Of a DNA stretch of 64,000 bases, positions 57,490 through 64,000 are shown in pieces. Source of the stretch: Eledone cirrhosa (lineage: Eukaryota); assembly GCA_964016885.1 (NCBI GenBank), contig OZ024743.1:151652001-151716000 (forward strand). Reading direction: 5' to 3'. How positions within the stretch are numbered: position 1 is the stretch's first letter; each line of letters begins with the position of its first letter. The notes below the pieces were generated by a model. It did no database searches. It had not been told where the DNA came from and saw only the letters and a program-made list of their open reading frames with translations. A program made the translations under genes and the position numbers.

Positions 57490-58178
57490 TAGAACATCAT
57501 TCTAGAAGAAGGAAAACTCTGATGTAAAATCTGTGACTTGATAGCAGCCAATGATGTTGATCTGTTCTTCTTTTTGAATACCTGTCAACCTTTTTCAGAG
57601 AGTGAGATTGGTCCAGTGCAAGGTCTCTTCACTTAAAAAAGCTTCAAACACAGGCATCGCTTGATCTAAATGACTTTCACTTGTGTTGCACGAGCGTGAC
57701 ATTTTCTTTCTTCTTTTGCTGCAGCAATATTCAGAAAGGAATCCAAGTCCTTGGCCAGGCTAAAAAGTCATATTCGCGCTACTCATGTATGAGAAAATGT
57801 TCATGGTCAGGTTGTCAGTGACTAAACCGGCAATCCCACCAAGCCAGCTTGGTAAGGAGGGTGATATTTGAACACCCTGCAGGATGAAATACAAGACCAG
57901 GCAAAGGGTGGAGGAGCTCAGCAGAGTCAATGCCCACCATCCAAATAGTAGTTTTTTTTTGTTTTTTTTCCACCTGGGAGTGAAAGGCCTCCAGTTGTTG
58001 ACACAACACCTTTCTAAGAGAGGGAAACTTTGAAAGAAAACCTGCGGCTTCGGAAGCACCAATGATGTTGACTAGTTCTCCTTTTTGGGTAGTGTTTTCG
58101 ATGCTCAGAGAGTGGAATTGGTCGAGTGCAAGGCCTTTCCCCACTTAAAAACCTTCAAAGCACAGGCATTGCTTGTTC
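57490..58178 (+). mobile_element. Two diverged copies (~57490-57665, ~58005-58178) of an RTE 5'-UTR-like segment
   Basis: Shared CTA(G)AAGA.GG.AAACT.TGA...CCAATGATGTTGA...CAGAGAGTG..ATTGGTC.AGTGCAAGG...CACTTAAAAA..CTTCAAA..CACAGGCAT. Confidence 0.5.
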
Positions 58179-58324
58179 AGGATATGTTACAGGTTCGTGT
58201 GGCTGGCCATAGCCTAAAAGTGTACCAAACTCTATAATCTGACAAGCGATTGCAATACTCTTAGCAGAGTTTGCAGCCATCATGTATGTATGTATGTTAC
58301 ATCAGTTGTCAATTCAAGAGTACT

Positions 58325-58552
58325 CAAACTATATGGTCATATAAAAAGATCAACTCGTGGTGTGAGTAGGTTATCCCTGGAAGGAAGGTTGCCAAGTAAG
58401 AGAAGCAGAACTGGCAGCTAAAACGATGGCTTGATAATGTCAACATATGGACTGAACTTGATTTTTGCTCTTTAAACCCTGTTGTTGGTGATCGAACTTT
58501 GTAGAGAAATATGTCATGTTGATGCACAGTCTGCAACTGGTGGAGTTTAGGT
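58325..58552 (+). mobile_element. 3' end of the second RTE-like LINE (copy 2)
   Basis: Homologous to 38512-38740. Confidence 0.7.
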
Positions 58553-58686
58553 CTGGATATATGTATGATGTGTATGTATTTATGTATGTATGAATCATGT
58601 GTGTGTGTGTGTATGTATGAATATATGCATGTATATGTATGTATATATGGTGTGTGTGTATGTATATATATATATATGTATACACA

Positions 58687-58865
58687 CTATAAATGAGGTT
58701 GGCATAAGGAAGGGCATCCAGCTTTAGAAACCAGGCTAAAATCAGTTCTGTATGAGCAAGGCATGGTCACCTGACCTAACATTGCCCACAACAGGATAAT
58801 TCGTCTAACCCATGTTAGCATAGAAAAATGGATGTAAAACAGCAATGATGATGATGATGATGATA
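58687..58865 (+). mobile_element. Family C 3' tail
   Basis: Matches 4352-4520 and 41002-41183. Confidence 0.8.
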
Positions 58866-59803
58866 TCTTATTAATAGGAACAGAAATATTTTAGTTGCAA
58901 AAATGGAATGGATTTGTCTTTTCTGTTCTAAAATGCCAATATAACCTAGGGGTACAAGTGAACATTTCAAGGTAGCACATGTTTAATTAGAGATTAATGA
59001 AAAAGAATTGACAACAGGTGTAAGGGAAGAAGTAATAAGAGTAACAGAGAAAAAGGTATTCAGAGGGAAGTAACAGGAAAAGGATCAAGTGATAGGAAGA
59101 GTAAAATTTAAACAAGAAGAGAAGAACATGCACACATGTACAAACGCACTCACCTTCACAAACACAAACCCCCCACAGACTCATCTCAACCCTGCTTTTA
59201 AATATAATATTCCCATTCTTTCAACATGATGTCATATTAAATAATATTCTGTTGATAATTTGAAATGTATTTAAGGATGAAGAAAGAGATGAGATTAATA
59301 ACATTGGAACCCAAGGCAGTATTTTTGAATTAAAGAAGAAAAGATTGGAATAAATCAAGTTTTCAAGAGAATTGGGAGAAAAAAAAAAACGTAAGAGAGA
59401 TATTTAATGAAGTATGAACATTTACTCATGAAGATCTTTTAAAGGTTTTGAAGAAGAAAACTCATATGCACACATACACACACAATATTATGGAAATAAA
59501 AATGGTTTACGGAGAATAAAAGAAATAATTAACAATCAACATAAAATCACAAATTACAACTTCCAACTTTCAAATTTGGATGAGGAATATCTTTCATTTC
59601 AAAAGTTGCCCCCAAGAATTATTTATGAATTATAAATATAATGGGAAAATAATGTGATGAAATTTGCAATTTGGATATGCTTTGCAATCATTTTAAAAAT
59701 GGGATCTCTTAGAAAAGAAAATATATTAATGGGCATGAGAAAGATGGCAATCAAAGAAAAATGTAATGGTTAATAATTAGCTAGGGGAAATAAAACACAA
59801 GAG

Positions 59804-59873
59804 GAAGATTCTTCACAAGTGTCATGGAATTGATAGAAGAAGATTCTTCACAAGTGTCATGGAATTGATAGAA
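59804..59873 (+). repeat. 35-bp tandem duplication
   Basis: GAAGATTCTTCACAAGTGTCATGGAATTGATAGAA x2. Confidence 0.92.
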
Positions 59874-60091
59874 AGTTATCGAAAGTAGAGATATGTTCAC
59901 TTCTTGGACAGTTAGGTTTCAAGAGGAATGTTTTCATTCAACTAGAATGATTGGAGGTTGAAAAGTAGTATTTGAAAACTTGGCTTCAGCATCTAACAAT
60001 ATTCAATTACCTATTGAGCAATGGATAGCGTTAATAAAAACCAGAATCCAAAGAAATTAACAATTGAGCAAATATATTTAGTAAATTTACA

Positions 60092-60233
60092 AATAAGGAT
60101 AAATTTTTTTATAAGGTTGGGAAATGAAGGTACGGATATTTTGAGCAAAGCCCTTCTTGAGAAAGAGAAAATTATTTTCAAAACCCATTTTCTCAGTGCT
60201 ATCATAAACATTTAAAAACATCTCTCTCTCTGC
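60092..60233 (-). CDS. Candidate coding exon (AEREMFLNVYDSTEKMGFENNFLFLKKGFAQNIRTFISQPYKKIYPY)
   Basis: attctcatttcag acceptor, open frame, possible gtaaat donor; no recognised homology. Confidence 0.22.
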
Positions 60234-61965
60234 TGAAATGAGAATACTCTCATCTTCACATAGTATACATGAGTTATGTTTTCGTAAACATAGTAAGAAG
60301 ATATAGTAAATCAAAATAAATTTTTAATGCTTACTTGTAAGCAAACTCAAGGAAAGATTACCTAGAACTTACTACAAATGAGATTTAGTATAAGACACTA
60401 TCAAATTTTACCTTTATAATATATTGTAGTTTTATCTTAGAACCCATGATATACAAGATGAAGTAGATAGAGAAACAAACATACATATATAAAGACAATA
60501 AAGACAATAGACTCAGATTTCAAATAAACCAATGGTACAGTAATAATATTAGATAAGACAATTAACAGATAGAAAGTTAATAATGGTTTTAATATATATT
60601 GAGGACAGAATAGATAGAAAACACAAAGTGGTATTTCATTACATTGTTTTATATGCTAAGTTCAAATCCAGCCAAGGTAGACAGTCTTTCATCTTTCTGG
60701 GAGCAATAAAAGATTGGAGATGGAGAGATGGAGAAAGGAGTCCTCTTCACCCTTTCTTGGCACAGTTTCAACAGCTGGGTGCCCTTCCTATCACCAACCA
60801 CCTTACATGATGTACTGGGTGCATTTACTGTGGCACTGGCACTAGAGAGGTTGTTATCTTTGACTCGAGTGAATTGAACTCTCTACCCTACTGGTAGAGT
60901 GGAATGTATACCATGGGAAGGTGCAAAAGGAATGAAAAAAGAAAACGAAGATAGCAATAAATGGTGAAACCAAGACATTGAGAATACTCAAATGTAAAGT
61001 GAAATGCTCAATTCCTGATTATAATCAAATCTGTCACTTAAAAAGGGAAATTAATCGATTACTAGTTTCAACTTTACATTGTATATTCAGAAATCTCAAT
61101 ATAAACTGCTTTTAGTAAAAAAACAAAATTGGACTAAATAAAGTAATGTAAAAAAGAATAAACACCCAGTGTTTCCATTGAGATATTCCATCATTTATAG
61201 AAATGATAAAGCTTTGCTGTGCTACAGTTACAGAAAAATGTCCAAACCAGTAACTTTGAGCAAGACAAACTTTTAAAATAATGGTTAGGCTTATTTTCAT
61301 TCTGAATAAATAAACAGATATAATTTGATGATGCTAAGACAATACAGTTTGAGGAGACATCTGTTTTCCTTGAGAAGATTGAAGAGTGAGACAGAGATGG
61401 GGGGAGGGGGTATGGAGATGGAGAGATGGAGAAATATGGGTGGAAGAAAATAGGATAGAAGAAAATAGATATAAAGAGAATAACTAATAGCCCTAACTCT
61501 CTCTCTAACTCTATCTATTTGTTTGTCCCCCTCTCTTTAACACTATTACTCACTATTTTCACTCAATTACACACAGATTCATTACAGTCATTCTCTCACT
61601 TACTCTTTTGTCTCTCTCTTTCTCACTTTCTCTCTTTTCCTTTCTCTCCTCTGTCTTAATCTTTCTTTCACACTAATTACACATACATACATTCATACAC
61701 AACACACTGTCTCTCAAGCCAACGATGAAGAGAGGATTCTACCTGGTAATTCGAACAGCTAGAAATAGCAGCTAACATCTCTCACACACAGCACCCTACC
61801 TTCTTTAATTAAAAAAAAATGTACATTATATAATGTGTTTTAGGACACCCCGAATCTGAAAAACAAAAAAAAAGACAAAAATCGAAATGATCACCTTAAA
61901 TTCTGTCTGTCTGTCTCTCTTTTTCTCTCTCTCTCAACCTTTAACTCTGTCTATCTTTCTTTCTC

Positions 61966-61970
<5 letters not shown>

Positions 61971-62033
<63 letters not shown>
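61971..62033. repeat. (CT)n microsatellite
   Basis: Pure CT run. Confidence 0.95.
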
Positions 62034-62037
<4 letters not shown>

Positions 62038-63838
62038 TTCAATCTGTCAGTCTGGTAATGTAACAAATATTGCTTTAAAAAAGAATATCAAATCTTAAAT
62101 GAGATGATATAGACTCAATGCTAGATTTATAAACCATCATTATTGTACATCAGGAGTACGTAGGTTTGATTTATTTATTTTGAGTCTCTTTTTATTGGTA
62201 TAGATTTATGCAAAAAGAAGCTGATCCCATTACTTACATTCAACCAATGAGACAAGTCAATAATCCCCGTAGCATATCAATAAATGCTTACTATATCTCG
62301 ACATTTCAAATATCGGAATAGTTTTGTCCGGTCCATATTGGTTAAATTAGCCTTTTACAGCCCAAAAGAGTTGAGTAGTATATTTTCTGGCCAGTTTTTA
62401 AATAGCTTAGAGATTAAATTATATGAAATATCAACATTAAATCTGGGGAAAATACAATGTTTTTTGGCAAGAAACCCATAAGAAAATAATTTTGCTACAA
62501 AAAGTACTTCTGAAATTATTTCTTTATTGTTCATTGACTGTAACTTCTTTCCACATGTGTATGCACATACATGGCCACACAGGTATACTCGTACAGAAAA
62601 CATATGCATAGACACATAAATATAAAATATGAAGCTTTTTCACATTGATGAAGACTAACTTTTTGGTTTCACACACAAGCATATACATGACACATGTATA
62701 TACATGTACATTGTATACACACACATCCATACACATACACATACATGAACACACGTTAAAACAATGAAGCAGTGCTCCACTGCAGAATACTGGGGTTTTG
62801 GCTTTATTTCTGCTCCATTCTAAAGCAGGCGATTCAAACGCATCGTTCACGGACCACATTTGGCCAGCAGACTACTTTTCTATAGGCCACAGCAGAACAA
62901 TTTTCATAACTATTTTATAAATATTTTCATAAAAATTGGTAATTTGTCCCTCACCCCCTTGTTTCTTGATCTGGATTTTAAAAAGATCACAAAATTTTGT
63001 TGAAGACATTTCTTTAAATGTTATAAAACTTTGAATTTTGCTTTTATTTTCCATTTTAATAATATTTATAATAAAATTTGTTGCAATTACCCATGAAATA
63101 CAATAAAATGGAAAAAGTGGAATTTATCAAAAGTGAAAATGATAAAAAAAGGATTTTACCAATGGTAAAATCAAAATTAAGGAAAATTTGAAATGAAAAA
63201 TTCATCTCCCACATATTATACTGATTCACATATCCCATTTACTATCATGTGGGTATTCATTTTGATGAAAAAATAATAAATATCCAATCAGCTGCATTTC
63301 AGATTAGCATTATAACTGGTGGAGATCACACCCACTCCACTCATCTCACTGTTAACCAACTGTGCCTCTCTCCCAGGACATAATGGTCCTTTTGAGTTTG
63401 AGATCCCTGTTCTAAGGCATGTGAAGCAAACATTGCAAGAGATGTCAACTGACTGAAACAAAAATAGCTGTATGAGGAGCATGCTCAACTGGGATTTCAA
63501 CTTGTCTTGCAAACATGATGACATCTTGGAAGTTTTCCATCACAACCCCTTTTAGCATTTAAACTGGCCATCTTCGGCCAGAATTCTCTCACCTCTTTCT
63601 GTTCAAACCATCCATAACCATCCATTCATACTGATGTTAAGGTATTGTTCTCAAAATAAATAATATCAAAATCACATAGATTCGATATTATGTGAGATAA
63701 TTATGTGAGGTAAAGCCTTTACTGTAAAAATATAATATTAAATATAGAGTAATGTAAATGCTAAAGAGTTAAAGTGTATAGGTACATGCATTATATATTG
63801 TTTTATTTCTTTGTATTTTATCATTTAGTTACAAAATA

Positions 63839-64000
63839 GGGTGGCGAATTGGTAGAATCATTAGTGACATTTGTTCTGACTCATTATATTCTAAATTCAA
63901 AACCTGCCACAGTCATCTTTATCTTCAGAGTTTCATTCAGGGTCGTTTTAATCAACTTTTCCCCCTCTTCCCAAACTACTGGCCTGCTGCCTAGATTAGA
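63839..64000 (+). mobile_element. Degenerate SINE family A copy
   Basis: GGGTGGCGAATTGGTAGAATC...AAATTCAAAACC...CCCCCTCTTCCCAAACTACTGGCCT. Confidence 0.55.

Noticed and set aside
62290-62520. Minus-strand coding exon ending at a gtaagc donor
   Set aside because: Stops in all three frames between the plausible acceptor and the donor

Overview
Very AT-rich eukaryotic DNA dominated by repeats. The SINE/LINE families and microsatellite style suggest an Octopus (coleoid cephalopod) genome; this is an inference. No recognisable intact host protein-coding gene is present, only scattered low-confidence candidate exons and a possible divergent promoter at ~25.4-26.4 kb. The window holds a ~14-kb TA/TACA satellite field (5.9-20.1 kb), a 4.3-kb GGT/GGTGT satellite, and a 48-bp minisatellite that expanded inside a non-autonomous retroelement. 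It also holds tRNA-derived SINEs and decayed Tc1/mariner (maT DD37D, mariner), hAT MITE, CR1, RTE and CRE-like fragments. The most notable signal is two diverged non-coding elements inside the TA field (~13.0-13.6 kb and ~20.1-20.6 kb). Each has an ATGCAAAT octamer, a minimal type I hammerhead ribozyme, and a downstream multi-hairpin domain that covaries between copies, arranged in Penelope-like/retrozyme-type inverted and partial-tandem form. A third palindrome at 28.9 kb has hammerhead-like cores on both strands. All long ORFs in the track except the CR1 RT are satellite artefacts.
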